The position numbers and the translations under genes were made by a program. The notes beneath the pieces are model-generated. The model saw only the letters and a list, made by a program, of their open reading frames with translations. It searched no databases and had not been told where the DNA came from. From the NCBI RefSeq assembly GCF_009914755.1, contig NC_060934.1: a stretch of 64,000 bases of DNA; one strand, given 5' to 3'. Shown in pieces: positions 26,204-40,999 of this stretch. Origin of the DNA: the human T2T-CHM13v2.0 reference genome, Homo sapiens. Each line of letters opens with the position of its first letter. Within the stretch, counting starts at the first letter, position 1.

Positions 26204-26812
26204 ATGGCCATGCTAGCCAGACCATCAACCATGGCCAACAAACATCTGTTTCTCCTGCAAGGACCACGGCACCTGGCTGTGCAGACAGCAGCCTGGAGAG
26301 GCCACAGCTGCCTGAGTCACTGTCCACACCCACGAGGTTGCTCCAAACCCCTGGCTGCCCCTTCTATTGCTGGACAGACCTGCTCTCTACTGAGTCTGTA
26401 GGGGTTGGAGTGAGGACATCTGGGCTCGTGGCCGATAAGCATCCCGAGCCTGTGACCGAGGCATGATCCTGGCCCAGCCATAGGCCCTGAGGACCCCAGG
26501 TGGATGTCCACGTGCTGCTGCAGGTGCTGCTGCAGGTGCCGGTGAGCCCAGGGCCAGGCAGCTGTGCAGGGCCCAGCCCTCAGGTGGACAAACCTCCCTG
26601 AAGTTCTGGGATCAAGGGAGGAAGGGCGGGTTTTCTGTCTGAGGAAGAGACGCCACAGGGCACTCCAGGCTCAGGGTTCCAGCCTGAGCTGGACAGTGAC
26701 TCAGGCAGCTGTGGCCTCTCCAGGCTGCTGTCTACACAGCCAGGTGCTGTGGTCCTTGCGAGAGAAACAGATGTTTGTTGGCCACGGTTGATGGTCTGGC
26801 TAGCATGGCCAT
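26204..26812. repeat. Inverted repeat: 123-bp arms (26204-26326, 26690-26812), 5 mismatches, 363-bp spacer
   Basis: Manual alignment of arm 1 with the reverse complement of arm 2; also seen as near-identical peptides in opposite-strand ORFs 26068..26466 and 26580..27080. Confidence 0.95.
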
Positions 26813-28899
26813 GGGGTTCCAGCGGCCATGGCCTCTCCCTGCTCTGGTTCTCCTCCTCCTTCAGAGCCACAGACATGACTCCACCCTGACGCTGCTCCTC
26901 TGGGGGCCTTGGACTAAGAGTGATGGCTGCTTCAGCCTGATTCAACAAGAGAGGAGGCCTGAGGGAGTGAGGACATGTGCTCATGTGTGTGGGCAAGGAC
27001 AGGGAGAGTGCCCGGTGAACACCACCTACATCCCCACACCACATCTGGAACACCCTGGGGTAGAGGTGGGTGCCTTGCACAAGACCAGGTGGGACCTAGC
27101 CAGGGGACTCGCAGTCCACACCCGTCTCTGGTCCTTCACAGCAGAGAAAGTCCACAAAGTGGGAGGGAGCTGCCTTTTCCTGTCAAGTCAGCTGGCTTTG
27201 CTAGAAGTCTCCCTGGGGCCTGGAAGCTGTCCACAGGCAGTTACCACTTGGCTGAAAGGCCTCCTTGGGATCGTGCCATTCCTGGGTGCTGATATTTTCC
27301 CCAACTGCCGCACCAGTTCCTTTCAAACAGGGACACAAGCCCTAGTCACAGACGACAATCCAGGAAGTCTACTTCAGAGGGGGCCACGCTCCCCTCCCCA
27401 CACTCAGTGTCTGAGGCACAGGGCACTGGCTGAGGAACAGAAGCCAGCATTGGAATCCCAGGGCCCGCAGGGACTCTCCGTGGCCCAATTAACTTACAGC
27501 TGTAGCCAGGTCCCAGACCCTGGGCCCCTCAGTCCATGCTGTGCTTGTAAAACACAATTTCTAGAACACTCACACAGTACGCGGTGCTCATGAAACTCTG
27601 CCCCTACCCACCAGGTGGGGACCCACCAGCAGCTGCCCCTGGTGGGGCAGAAGATGGCACTTCCACTAGCAAAGCCCAAGATACCTTGGTCAGAATCAGA
27701 CGCTGGATTTAGGATAGAAAAGTTCCAGCCGTGGCTCAGAACAGCCACCTTTCCACTCCCACCACCCAGCAAGCAATGCCTGGGCCATACCAGAAAACCT
27801 CTGGTTAAAGCCATCAGCCAATGGATGGGACAGCAGAGGGGCTGTGCTCTTCCCCCAGGTATCAGGGCTGAAAGTGAGGGGAGCCTGGCACTGGAGGGAG
27901 CATAGCTTAAGCCTTTGCTCTGTTACAGAGAGAAGCAAATGTCAGGGAGGCCCAGGCTGGGGGAGGAATTGGGAACAACAACAACAAAAACCTGCATTTA
28001 AATCCTGGCCTAGTACTTCCCAACTGTGGGACCGTGGCCAGTGGTTTTTAACTCTGAGTCTGTTTCCTCATATGAAAAACAGTGACAAAAATACCCATCC
28101 CTCGATGGGTGGTGGGCGGATGGTGTGTGTGCATGGTATGGGGTTGAGGCTCAGGGTGTAGCAGTCGCTGGCATTGTCAGCATCACAGGGACACCAGGGA
28201 CTCAGGTTCAGTCCCGACATCAAGCCTCACTCAGCCTGAGATGAGGAGTCTCCACCAGCTGTCACCCAGCTCAAGGGACGGCATGCAATGGGACACTGTC
28301 CCAGGTTCTCCAGAACTGCCCACCCACCCCACATGGTAGAGTCAGATCCTCAGCTGTGGCCCCTTCCCCCCAGGAAGGCACGAATGAAGGGGCCAGTCCA
28401 GAGCCATTCTGGGGCTGGGACCCCCTCCACGGAAACATGAGCCCACAGATCAGGTGACGGTCAGTTGGCAGGAGCTTAGCTTCCTGCTGGCGCTGACCCA
28501 AGACCCCCTGGCTACCCACATAAACCCTCCTAAGCTGAGACCCCAGTCCTGCCCCAGGATCCCTCCCCAGCCATGCCCTACAGAGGAAAGAACCTGGGTT
28601 CAAATGCTGACTCTGTCACTTACAGGCTGTGTGACATTAGGTTTCCTCACCCTTAAAATATAAACACTACCACTTACCTCACTGAATACTAGCACAGTAT
28701 GCCACACACAGTGGTGGGGGGGCTGCCATCCTTAGCCCATTAAATAAGCCCATCTGACGAGACAGATGTGAGCATTTCTTCCATATAAACCAGGAAATAG
28801 AGGATTAGAGACTTTAACTTGCTCAAGTTCAAAGAGCTAGTGGCATGCAGAACTGGGATTTGAACCCACATCCATATGATTTTACAACTCCATCCACAT

Positions 28900-29390
28900 T
28901 AATGGATATTTAGGTATGGCCTACATCTGTCCATGTCTGCAGATACTGGACACAAAATAGTAAACGAGAGACAAGGTCCTTGTCCTCAGGAGCTGACATC
29001 AGGAGAGGAGACAGTAAACAAGACTTCCAGTAGCAGGTGCCATGGAGTGGGTAACTGGGTGGTGGGTAGATAGCAACCCAGGTGCAGATGGGGGAGGGAT
29101 GCCTTACTTAGCCAGGTCAGCAGGAGTCTCTCTCAAGAACTCTGGAGAGATGAGAAATTGGTAGAGGCCCAGGAGGTACAAAGTCTCTAAAGCAGGCCTG
29201 ACCACAGTGACAGAATCCAGGGGCAGAAAGGAGGCCAGTGAAGACCCTGGATGAGGAGGCAGGACATGCAGCTGAGCCAGATCATAGGCCCTGAGGCCAT
29301 GCTAAGGAACGGGATTTTTTTTTTTCTATGTTTAATAAGAACTACTGGTAAGGTTCAAGCAGGTAGTACAGTGTGATATGTTTTATGAAT
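28900..29390 (-). mobile_element. L2 fragment
   Basis: agacaaggtccttgtcctcaggagctgaca...gatcataggccctgaggccatgctaagga resembles reverse L2. Confidence 0.55.
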
Positions 29391-29462
29391 TTTTACTTTT
29401 CCTTTAAACTCCAGAACAATGTAGGGGAATTAAATTATTTATTTATTCACTTATTTTATATG

Positions 29463-29623
29463 TTAGAGATGGGGTCTTGCTATGTTGCTCAGGTTGGCCT
29501 GTAGTGGCTATTCACAAGTGTGATCACAGTACACTACAGCATCAAATTCCTAGCCTCAAGCAAGCCTCCTGCCTCAGCCTCCTGAGTAGCTGGGAATACA
29601 GGTATGCACCACTGCACCTGGCT
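29463..29623 (-). mobile_element. FAM (fossil Alu monomer)
   Basis: Monomer retaining the 7SL-derived gtgaatagccact segment that dimeric Alus lack. Confidence 0.82.
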
Positions 29624-29965
29624 AGTGCAAATTTTTTAAAGGTCACTGTGGTCTAGGCTGGTGACCACAGCTGTTCATGGCCCTGTTCACATGGTGCTGG
29701 ATAAAGAGCCTGAGTAGCGTCAGGTGGCACTCAATCAAATGTCCCCAGACCCATCACCCTCAGCATCCGGAGTACTGTGGCCCCAAGCAAATCACCTGTA
29801 GGCAGGTTTACTTTTGCTCTGTCCCTACACGTGCCTTGTCCCAGTCCCTGAACACAGTAGCTGCTCAGAAAATGCCAGACACTTAGTGAGCTGACACCTG
29901 TGGAGACAACTGGAAGTTCAAGGGGCTCACGTCAGGGAAATCAGGGGTCCTGAACTGATGCTTAC

Positions 29966-30060
29966 CATCTTGGGTGGCGGGAGGTCTGGAAGGCTCTTCT
30001 GAGGGGCCGAGGAGTGCTGGCTGGGCTCCCCATTGGGTAGCAGGCCCTGCTCCTCAGGCG
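29966..30060 (-). CDS. AFAP1L2: AFAP1L2 exon 4 (APEEQGLLPNGEPSQHSSAPQKSLPDLPPPKM), 95 nt, proline-rich SH3/WW-type ligand
   Basis: cgcag|CG acceptor, ATG|gtaag donor, phase 1-0. Confidence 0.95.
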
Positions 30061-31383
30061 CTGCGGGCAGCAAAAGGAAAAGGCTTCGGTGAGGGGTGAC
30101 CAGCCTTACACAGGGTCTCCTTCCTCAGGAATGCCCGGTCACATGCACCCTGTGAGTTCTTTTTGAGCAGGTGTTAATTACCCAGGCAGGCGGTCCCTGG
30201 AACCGAAGTTGTTTTTCCTCCCTGCAGTAATAGGGTGCAGGAGTGCCCCAGACATGTGCCTGGGGTTTCTGGCAGCCTCTGTACCTGCTCCCCTACCCAT
30301 CCCATGTCAAAAAAAATGGTCTAGCCACAGAGCTTTGGCCAGCAGAGAAGCTGCCTGGTGGCCACTATATTGAGCCACTCTCAGCATGGACCCTGTGATT
30401 ATGGCTCTTTCCTCCCACAGTTTACCCAGAAGGCAAGTGACCCCCGCCAGAGTGGCCAACCTCATCTGGATGAGCTCTGCCATGTCCCAGGCTTGGTGAG
30501 GGGCAGGAAGTGAAGGAGCCACACTGGGGAAGTGAGGCCACCAACCCTCGGTGCACTTGGAAGGAAAGGTGCCGAAGACACTTCTGAGCCTGTCCATTTC
30601 AGCCAGCCCTGGGACAGACAGGCTCAGGCAGGCCCGATATCGGGGATTTGGTGGCTGATGTCTCAAAGACAAGCCTTCAACAGGACTGAGTGCTTTGCCA
30701 TGCTGTGTTCCCACCCCTCTCTAAGCCTTTGTGGTTAAGTCACAGGCTTGGAAGTTAGGAATTGGAGCTTCTTAGCCTGCGTCTTCTGCAACTAGGCAGC
30801 TCTGCATACCTCTGGGCCTCCCCGGGGTCTTGCCAGGCCCCTCCCTGGAGGTTTTAAGGGAAAAGCAGAGAGCAGAACAGAGCAGAAGAGTGAGGCACCA
30901 TGGAAGAAAACATATGTCCTTCCCATGGGAGACTAAACGTTCCGCCAAAGTCAGCACCTTTGAACATCATCTTTGACTATTAAGGCAGTTGCTGACACCA
31001 CCATTTACTTCTCTCTCCTCTTCCTCAAAACAGACTTCTATCAAAAGACATAAAGGCAGAACCGTGGGATCAGCACCACACACAGCTGCTTTCTTCGAAC
31101 ATCTGAATTATGACTTCCTGTTCCTGGGATGATGCTGGGAACAGCCAAAAAGTTTTAGAGCCAGATTCCTTATCCAATGGGCAAGGAAGGGGTGGCCTGT
31201 TGAAACATCCTGAAATACATCAACCCAAAATACGACCAACAAAAATGTGGCTTCCAAAAATAACTCCGCCAGGCGGGTCTGTGTGCCGGCTGGGAGGAAA
31301 GAGAGGTGGGACAGAACCAGCTTGGACCTTCCCCCATCCCAGGAGTGGCCATCATACCAGCGTCAGTGATCCCAGCCTCATAC

Positions 31384-31458
31384 CTTTGCCTTGAGACTCT
31401 GCATTCTGTTGCTTGTTGATGGTCACTTTGTTCATATAAATGTACTCCTCATCAGAGC
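31384..31458 (-). CDS. AFAP1L2: AFAP1L2 exon 3 (SSDEEYIYMNKVTINKQQNAESQGK), 75 nt, contains the YIYM (YxxM) PI3K-p85 docking motif
   Basis: ctgcag|GC acceptor, G|gtatga donor, phase 1-1 continuous with exon 2; too short for the ORF track, read manually. Confidence 0.95.
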
Positions 31459-31731
31459 CTGCAGAAGGAAGGAGACACAGGCTTTGTGTGACTTCCTGAA
31501 GAGAAAGGGCCTCCAGCTAGAAACCCTGTTACTCCAGAGCTGTTTTCATCTGCCTAGGTTCCAGTAAAAGCACACAGCATTTTCAGTGGATTGAAAGAAT
31601 AGTCCAACATGCAAAGAGCTGACAGATTTCCAAAAGAGAAATGGCAAGTTGCTGACTGCTAGTTTTCTAGCCTGACCGAGGGTGTGGGGGCAGGTAAGAT
31701 ACAGAAGGATAGCTTATGGTATAAAAATCCT

Positions 31732-32065
<334 letters not shown>

Positions 32066-33493
32066 TCATTTAAATTGTAAAATATTTCCTGTCATTCTCA
32101 CCCTAGTCTGAATTACTTGAATGGGCTGATCCAGTGTGTATAGATAACCCAGGTCACACTGAAGACCTGGAAGTTTAGTTCGCAGGCCTCTAGGTAGGGG
32201 GCCATTGGATGGGTGAACGGGGACCTGAATAGCCAAATCATGTGATTTCTGAATTTAAAGGGGTATCCTGAGAATAAGAACTGAGGAACCACCAGCCACC
32301 TGCTCTACCCTATAGATTATACCCTGCAGTGGCACAATCCATGCCTCCTTTAAAACCACTTCTGTGCAGGTTAAGTCACCTTTCCCATGCCTGCCTGGGC
32401 AGAGAAAAGCTGGCCTCCTAACTCTTGCTCCATTTCCAATCCCCCAAGGACCCTTTCTTCAGAAGTCTTCAGAGGAAGCTCATTCTAGTGTTTCTCTTCA
32501 TCAAAATCCTCTTGAATTTCTTCTGCAGCCTTAATTTGCATTTCCTAGAAACTTGTGGCTGATAAATTCCAGTGGTTAGAGACCGCGTTACTGAGCCAAA
32601 GGACCCAGTTCTAACCTCTGGCGAAGGAAGCAGTTCAGTGTCACTCTGTTGCACGACCACAGACCGCCCAAACTCCAGCCAACAGGCCTGCAAAAGCAGG
32701 GACCCGAGAGCCAAGAGGAACAGGAGGGGGCTGGATACAGCCTCAGTGATGAGCACCTCTGGTTGTCATCTTAGTGCCTTGCCCTGCCAGGACCAGTCAG
32801 CAATGTTACCCCTGTGCCAGGGACTGCAGCAGTTTATGCAGTTGATGCATAGTGGGAGCTATGAGGTACAAATGGAGTGAACCGGAACTCACAGATTCCC
32901 ACCCACTGAGACTCAGAGGGGGCTGGGTCAGTCCCTTCTCCAGCACATGGCAGAGGGGAAAAGTGCCCTGCAGGGAGAGGCAGGAGACGGGGTCTCAACC
33001 AAAGCTTTGCCGTAACGGCATCATTCTGGGCAAAGCACCTAACCCTTGTGCCTCCGTTTTCTTGTCTGCATGACAAAATACTGCCTGTTTCAACCAAACT
33101 CTTCAGTTCTCAAGAGTACAAAACTCAGATACTAGGGGGTTTGGAAAGGTAAGGTAACCTTACAACTAAGATGAAAAATGACAGCTTAAAACATGGGACA
33201 TGACTCAAAGGCTCAACAATAGGAAAATGGTAACAAACCATGGCACATCAACATATATAACAGCAAGTCACCTTTAAAAACTAAATGGGTTACTGAAGAG
33301 GGTATAAATTGGCATGGCCATTTTAGAGATGATTTTGGAGGATACATTTTTGTGTTCATATTCTTTGACCCAGCATTTCTACTGCCAGAAACTTATCCTA
33401 CAGATAAACTCTAGCATTTAAAGAAAATTGTATTTGAGGACATTCACTACAATACTGCATGATTTTTTTTTTTAAAAAAAGAATACAACATAT

Positions 33494-33805
<312 letters not shown>

Positions 33806-36609
33806 CTACCAATAGGTTAAACATTAGGATTCATCCAGCATTGAACTCTACCCAATCGTGAAAACTAGCAAGGTAGCTCTGTGTCTGTTTACAAAGATAC
33901 CCAAGACCTAGAGTTTAATTATAAGATCATGTTTCAGAATAGCAAAAAAAGAAACAGTATATGAATCGTCAACACATGGAAATGTGTGCATGCAGCAATT
34001 CTAAATATAAAAATAACGTAAAGCAGAAACAGAGGCAAACCACAGCTACTCCAAAATATTCAGATAATGCTGATAAGGATCAGAAAAGGAACTGGAAGAA
34101 CATAAATAGTGTTCAGTGTTCATTTTTTTTTATATCATTAACTAAGTTCACATACCTATACAAAAAATAAAAGCCAAGATGTTATTGTTTTAAATGTTGG
34201 ATTCTGAGCAGGTGTTTTCTCTCTAAGATGATGATTTGTAAGTTGCAGAGAAAACTCACACTGGCCACTTCATGAGGGTGCATCGGCCCACCTCGGGTGG
34301 GCTGCAGGCTGAGGCTGACTTGGTTTTGATTCTCAGAGGGTTGTTAATCTAGGACTCTCCAGGTTGGTAAGTAAGAAGTTCCCAAGACCTTCTGCAATTG
34401 TGGGAAAAATACAGTAAACCTGGCCCTAGACTGGGAGGCCACGGACAGGCAGGCCAGACTGCTCAGTCCTGTCTGGGAGGCGGCAGCCTTGGGCTAGAGA
34501 ACTTTCTATCATTCACTCAACTATCTGACGAAGTGCATTCAGCATCAGCACTGTGCTAAGTGTTGGGGATACAGCAGAAAACAGATGTTACCTCTGCCTT
34601 TGTGAACCCCACAGTCCGGCAGGAGAGACATACCTGAATCTGATCGTTACACAGTGGGTGGGAAATGACTACGGCCTGAAGGTGTTGGGAAGATGAGCTC
34701 AAAGTGCTTAGAGGTCTGCAGAGGGTGGTCCTTCCCAGAGAACTGGCATAGGGTGGGGAGGAGGAACATGAACCTCTTTGCTACCACTGGATACAGAACA
34801 TTTGAAGTGCTTTTGATCAGAGGGGCAGCCACTGAAATGTCCCTGGAGCCTCTGAGGGTGGGGGTGGGAGTGTGAGGCAGGAGTGGGGGCTGGTGTGGTG
34901 GGGACACAGCTGTCACTGGTGAAGGCTAGAATAGACAACAGGGAGCCAAGCCCTCAATAAACAGATCTTAGTCTATGCCTGGACCTCTCCATCCAGACAA
35001 AAAGCAAAGAGGGTAGAAAAATTTGTGTTACACTGAGAAAAAAAGAAACAAAGATCAGAAAACTCAAAGAGGCAATTCCCTTTGTGAAGTGTAAATGCAC
35101 ACATACACATCCTGCCCAAAATGTGTGGAAGTCCCAGAAGCTCAGCCTGTTGGACCACGGCTATCTTGAGATGATCACCTCGCCTCCACCTACAAGTCTC
35201 AACAGGCTGAGCTAAGTTTTGGGTAGAGGTGGGCCTGGGAGGCCGAGGGAAAGAATGCTGTAATTTCAGGTGCGGTATGTGTGTTTACGATTCTGTCCTG
35301 TGCGACACGACAGTTAACTGCAGTGCAATGGAGCAGGGGGAGATAAGGTTAGGTCCACCTGTCCAGGCCCAAGCCCTGGCTCTGCCCTCAGAGCCGTGTG
35401 CCCTCAGGCAAGTGACTTTCAGAGGCTTGGTTTCCTTGTTGGTAAAAAGGGAATACACTTTGGGATAAAGGATGAATGATGTCATCCATGTCATTTACTG
35501 CATTAAGTACAGGGACACAGAAAGTACACAATAAATGTTGGCTGCTATTGTACCTACTCTGCAGTCTAAGGGGTACAAAGAGGACCAGGAGGGAAGTTCC
35601 GTTAAACAGTGGCTATTAACAAGTGGGCTTCGCTTCTGAGAATGCAGGCCCCAGGCCTCAGTGTGGCTGTGCATGGGTGGCACTCTGGAGGTGATTCACC
35701 TTGGGGAACCCATGACCAGTTCTCAGCAGCTTCCCACCCCCTACGAGCTGCAGAGTCCACGGAGAGGGGAAGGCCTGACTTTATAAGAGCCGATCAAGGG
35801 CAGAACAAAAAGGTCATCCTACAGGAAGCCACATCATAGGTTAATTCAAAAAAGAGACCACATGTAGGAGGCGCTGCCAGAGTGGTTAGCACCAAGATCC
35901 ACGGGTCAGACTTATCACAAACAGGTGGTTTCCAGTTCCCAACAGAGGTGTTTCTTATCATTGAACATTCAAGGTGGAACATATCGGAAGTGGTGTGGGG
36001 AGTGTACTTTTTAGAGGATTCCACTGATGAATCCTTCATGGAGTGAATCATCCCCCTCCAACCTTCCCGCTTTGTAATGTAGATTTCCCATCTGTGTTCC
36101 CACGATGGGCTGCTTTGATGTGCTGTTGACCAGCACTCCCGGCGGCAGGCGGGCGGACGCTCCCTACAAAGCCTTCAGGAGCATGGGAAGCTGCAAAGTC
36201 TGAAAGAAAACACCTCTGATGAGAGGCTAAGGCAGATGATTCCTCCAGAAGAGAAGACAGATGGGCATATAGCGACATGCCTCGGCTTTACGACTGCTTA
36301 TTCAGAGAATAGAAACTAGTTCCACAGGGAACAGGGAAGGGGAAAGTCCTTGAAATGTAGCCTGGCAGATTCAGGTTGGACACAAAGAAGCATTTCTGGA
36401 CTGTGATGGCCAGGGCAGGTGGAGACTTCCCTTCCCTGGCAGGACTTGGCCTGTTCCCGCTGGGAGGCAGATGGATTAGATGCCCTTGCACGGTCCCTGA
36501 CCGTCCCCAAACAGCATTTCCAGTTCTCAAACATCTGACATAAAAATCAACTCAACTGTTATGACTTCACAAAAAGGGTTTTCCTTTTTTAAAAGAATCT
36601 GAATTTGCC

Positions 36610-37065
36610 AGAAATAAAACCATATGTCCACAAGACGACTTTTTCAAGAATGTTCCTAGCCGCCTCCTTCGTAATAGTTCAAATCTGTGAACAACTCAAA
36701 TGGCCATCAGTAAGTGAAAGGATAAACAGATTGTGATGTATTCACAGAATGGAATACTACTCAGCAATAAAAGGAACAAACTACAGACACACTCAACAGC
36801 ATGGATGAATCTCCAGAGAAGCCAGACATACAGTACACATCGTATGAATCCATTTATACAGAGCTCCAGCACAGGCAATATCAACCAGCACAATGGTTGC
36901 TTGTGTTGGGCGGCTGGGAATGGCCAAGACAGAACTTTCTGGAGGATGGAAATGTTCTATATCTTGTTTTGGGTGATCAGGACGCAAGGGTATACAATTA
37001 TCAAAACTCACTGAATTATTTCACATATGTGCACTTTATACGTAAATGATCTCAATTTTAAAAAG
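36610..37065 (+). mobile_element. Old L1 (L1ME/MC-like) 3' fragment
   Basis: aatggaatactactcagcaataaaaggaac and atggatgaatctc motifs. Confidence 0.8.
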
Positions 37066-37339
37066 ACAGAAAAATCATGGACTCGGGGTTCTGTAATTTA
37101 CAAAGTCTTCCAACTATGTTTTCCCTTGGGTTGTATAATATTGGGCAGGTTAAACTCTCCAGGTCTCAGTTTCCCCCTCTATAACAACAGCACCAGCCTC
37201 ACAGGGATGTCTTAAAGATGAAATGGGTTATTACATATGCTCATGGGAATGCTCATTAAGCCCTAGCTATTATTATAATTTATTATTCCATCTCTACTTT
37301 CAACCAGCATGGAAGAGTGCTTTGAAAATACTTCACTTA

Positions 37340-37632
<293 letters not shown>

Positions 37633-37893
37633 TTAAAACCTTACTCGTGGGCTGCTGTGTCAAGTGACCAGAGATTTCTGGGGCTCGGGCCCAACTCGGG
37701 TCAGTCCCGCACCATTGTTATGGGGTGAAGTGTGTCCCCTGAAAATTCATATATTAAATCCTAGCACCCAGTATACCTTGGAATATGATTGCATTTGGAG
37801 ATAGGGTCTTCAAAGAGGTAACTAAGTTAAAATAAGATAATTAGGGTGACCCTAATCGACTATGACTGATATCCTTATAAAGAGAGGAGATTA

Positions 37894-38487
<594 letters not shown>

Positions 38488-38764
38488 GTTAATTAAAAGA
38501 AGAGGTGACTGGGACACAGACACAGAGAAAAACCCATGTGAGGACACAGGGAGAAGACAGCCATCAGCCCGCCAGGGAGAGAGGCCTCAGAAGGGACCAA
38601 ACCTATTGATACCTTGATGTTAGACTTCTGGCCTCCAGAAGTGTGAGAAAATAAGTGTCATTTATAGCACCCAGCCTGTGATCCTTAGCTATGGCAGCCC
38701 GCACTGACTCACAACCATCTCTTTTGGCGTGGAGGCCTCTGCACCACCCAGGGCCCACACTCAC

Positions 38765-38893
38765 TGCTGCTTTTGGTGTAAAGCCGGAGGAGCTCCGCCA
38801 GGCAGCTCTTCTTCACCAGTGCTGTGCTGCTCAGGTTCTCCTGGTCAAGAATCTTGAGGAAGTCATCCAACTCTGTCAGCAGCTGTTCCAGGG
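38765..38893 (-). CDS. AFAP1L2: AFAP1L2/XB130 coding exon 2 (ALEQLLTELDDFLKILDQENLSSTALVKKSCLAELLRLYTKSS), 129 nt, phase 1-1
   Basis: Translation matches the recognised XB130 N-terminus; minus-strand tag|CC acceptor after a pyrimidine tract and A|gtgagt donor. Confidence 0.96.
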
Positions 38894-39493
38894 CTAGGGA
38901 CAGGAAACAGAAGAAACTTATAGTGGCTGCCCGCTCTCCAAAGCCCAGCTCAGATACACCTCGGGACCCTGCAGCCTCCCACCTCGAACCCTCTGGTCCC
39001 AAGAGGAAGGGTTTGGTGTGAGGTCTGGCAGCGTATGGGGGGACTGGGCAGAAGATGGGATTCTCAGCTCCAGGGCCACAGGGAGAGAGAAACAGGCCCT
39101 TGGCTTGGAGATGAACAGCCTCCGCTGAAGTCCCAGCCCTACCAGGTGCTGGAAGAGTGACAACGGCCTCGTCGGCCAACTTTCTATCTCCTCCACTGCA
39201 AACGCCTGCCCTCACAGGGCTCTTGTGAAAACTAAGAGAGCACTACTTCCAAAATGCTTTGAGAGCTGTTGAGCTCTGCTCTTAGAGCTGTGGCTAGAAT
39301 GAGGGTTACTCTCATCTTGATCCTCTCCGGGTGGCTTTGGGCCCATTTACTTCTTAAGTCTATTAGGTCAAATGCTTTGTAAAGTTCCTTCCAGTTCTGA
39401 AGCTCTATGGTTGTAAGCCTCGCCTTGGCTTGACTGCACGGCTTTAAAGTACGAATCTGTTCACAGGTTGTCCATGATTAAAAGCCACACCTG

Positions 39494-39807
<314 letters not shown>

Positions 39808-39981
39808 GGCCACACCTGGTTCCTCAGAAGCCCTACCTGGCCTCCAAAGCCCTGCAGACTGAAGCAGCCTCCCCCGTGGTCACTGTCATACTCCACAGCC
39901 CGGACACAGCACCCCTCTTTCCTTCTCTGGTCTTCACACATCATGGTCTTCTCCCCCTCTGCTAAATCACAATTGTCCCTG

Positions 39982-40485
39982 TGTTACCAGTGGTAGTTAT
40001 CCGTATAGATCTGCAGCTACCTCAATTCTTGCCTCCTCAGAAGAAAGAATTTGAGAGGCATAAGGCAGAAGGGGAAACTGAGACAAGTCTCAGAGCAGAA
40101 GTGAAAGTTTATTAGAAAGCTTTAGAACAGTAAGGAAAGGAAAAGAAGCAAAGTCCAACTTGGAAGACGGCTACGTGGGTGACCTGAGAAAACAAGTGTG
40201 AGGCTTGACCGCTAGACTTGGGGTTTTCTACGCTGGCATACTTCTGAGATTTGCCTTACTTCTCCCACTCCTGAGATCTTATTGGGAAGCTGCTGATTGC
40301 TTTCAGGTGTTTTCTATGAGGAGACTGCCTTTCTCTGGCACTAGCTGTGACCAATCATTCCTTTAGAGAAACAGTTAACAACTGCCTGACCATCACCTGG
40401 TGGTCATCCAACACTCCTAGTGTGTGGGGTGAGGTGGGGAGCCCTCTCCTCCCTGCTCATACCTAACTAGCTATCCGCTGTAACA
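39982..40485 (-). mobile_element. ERV1-class solo LTR (MER50/MER4-group-like)
   Basis: tgttacc...tgtaaca termini, reverse AATAAA near 40110, cctcaattcttgcctcctcagaagaaagaat motif. Confidence 0.75.
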
Positions 40486-40570
40486 CCTCAGGTCTTGGTC
40501 TAGATAACATTCCTCCTGAGACACCTTCTCTGGGCCTCTTTAACAGATCCATGTTACCAGCACTGGCCTC

Positions 40571-40999
40571 TGTGGTGGGCTAAATATTGGGCCCCTAATG
40601 ATATCCATGACCTAACCCCTCAAATCTGTGAATATGCTACTTGACGTGGCAAAGGGACTTCACAGATGTGATTTAATGAGGAGATTATCCTGGTTTGTGC
40701 AGGTGAGCACAGTGTAATCACAGTGGCTCTTATAAGCGGGGAGGTAGGAGGGTAAGAGTCAGGGAGATAAGATGCTACCATGTTGGCTTTGGGGATGGAG
40801 GAAGGGACCATGAGCCGAGGAACACAGGTGGCTTCTGGAATCTGGAAAAGGTGAAGAAGTAGATTCTTTCCTAGAGCCTCCAGGAGCCCTGTGGCCCCCT
40901 CTCAGATTCTGATCTCCAGAACTGTAGATTAACGAGTTCGTGTTGCTTTATGTCACTAAGTTTGGTAATTTGTTACCACAGCAATAAGAAACTGAGACA
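40571..40999 (+). mobile_element. MLT1D-like MaLR LTR
   Basis: tgtggtgggctaaata start, ggcaaagggactt.cagatgtgatt core, tgttac.acagcaata end. Confidence 0.82.

Noticed and set aside
26775-27593. 272-aa plus-strand ORF
   Set aside because: Non-ATG start, no recognisable domain, overlaps the inverted repeat; compatible with chance in GC-rich intron.
29463-29623. 7SL RNA gene or pseudogene
   Set aside because: Lacks the S-domain; length and structure fit a FAM monomer.
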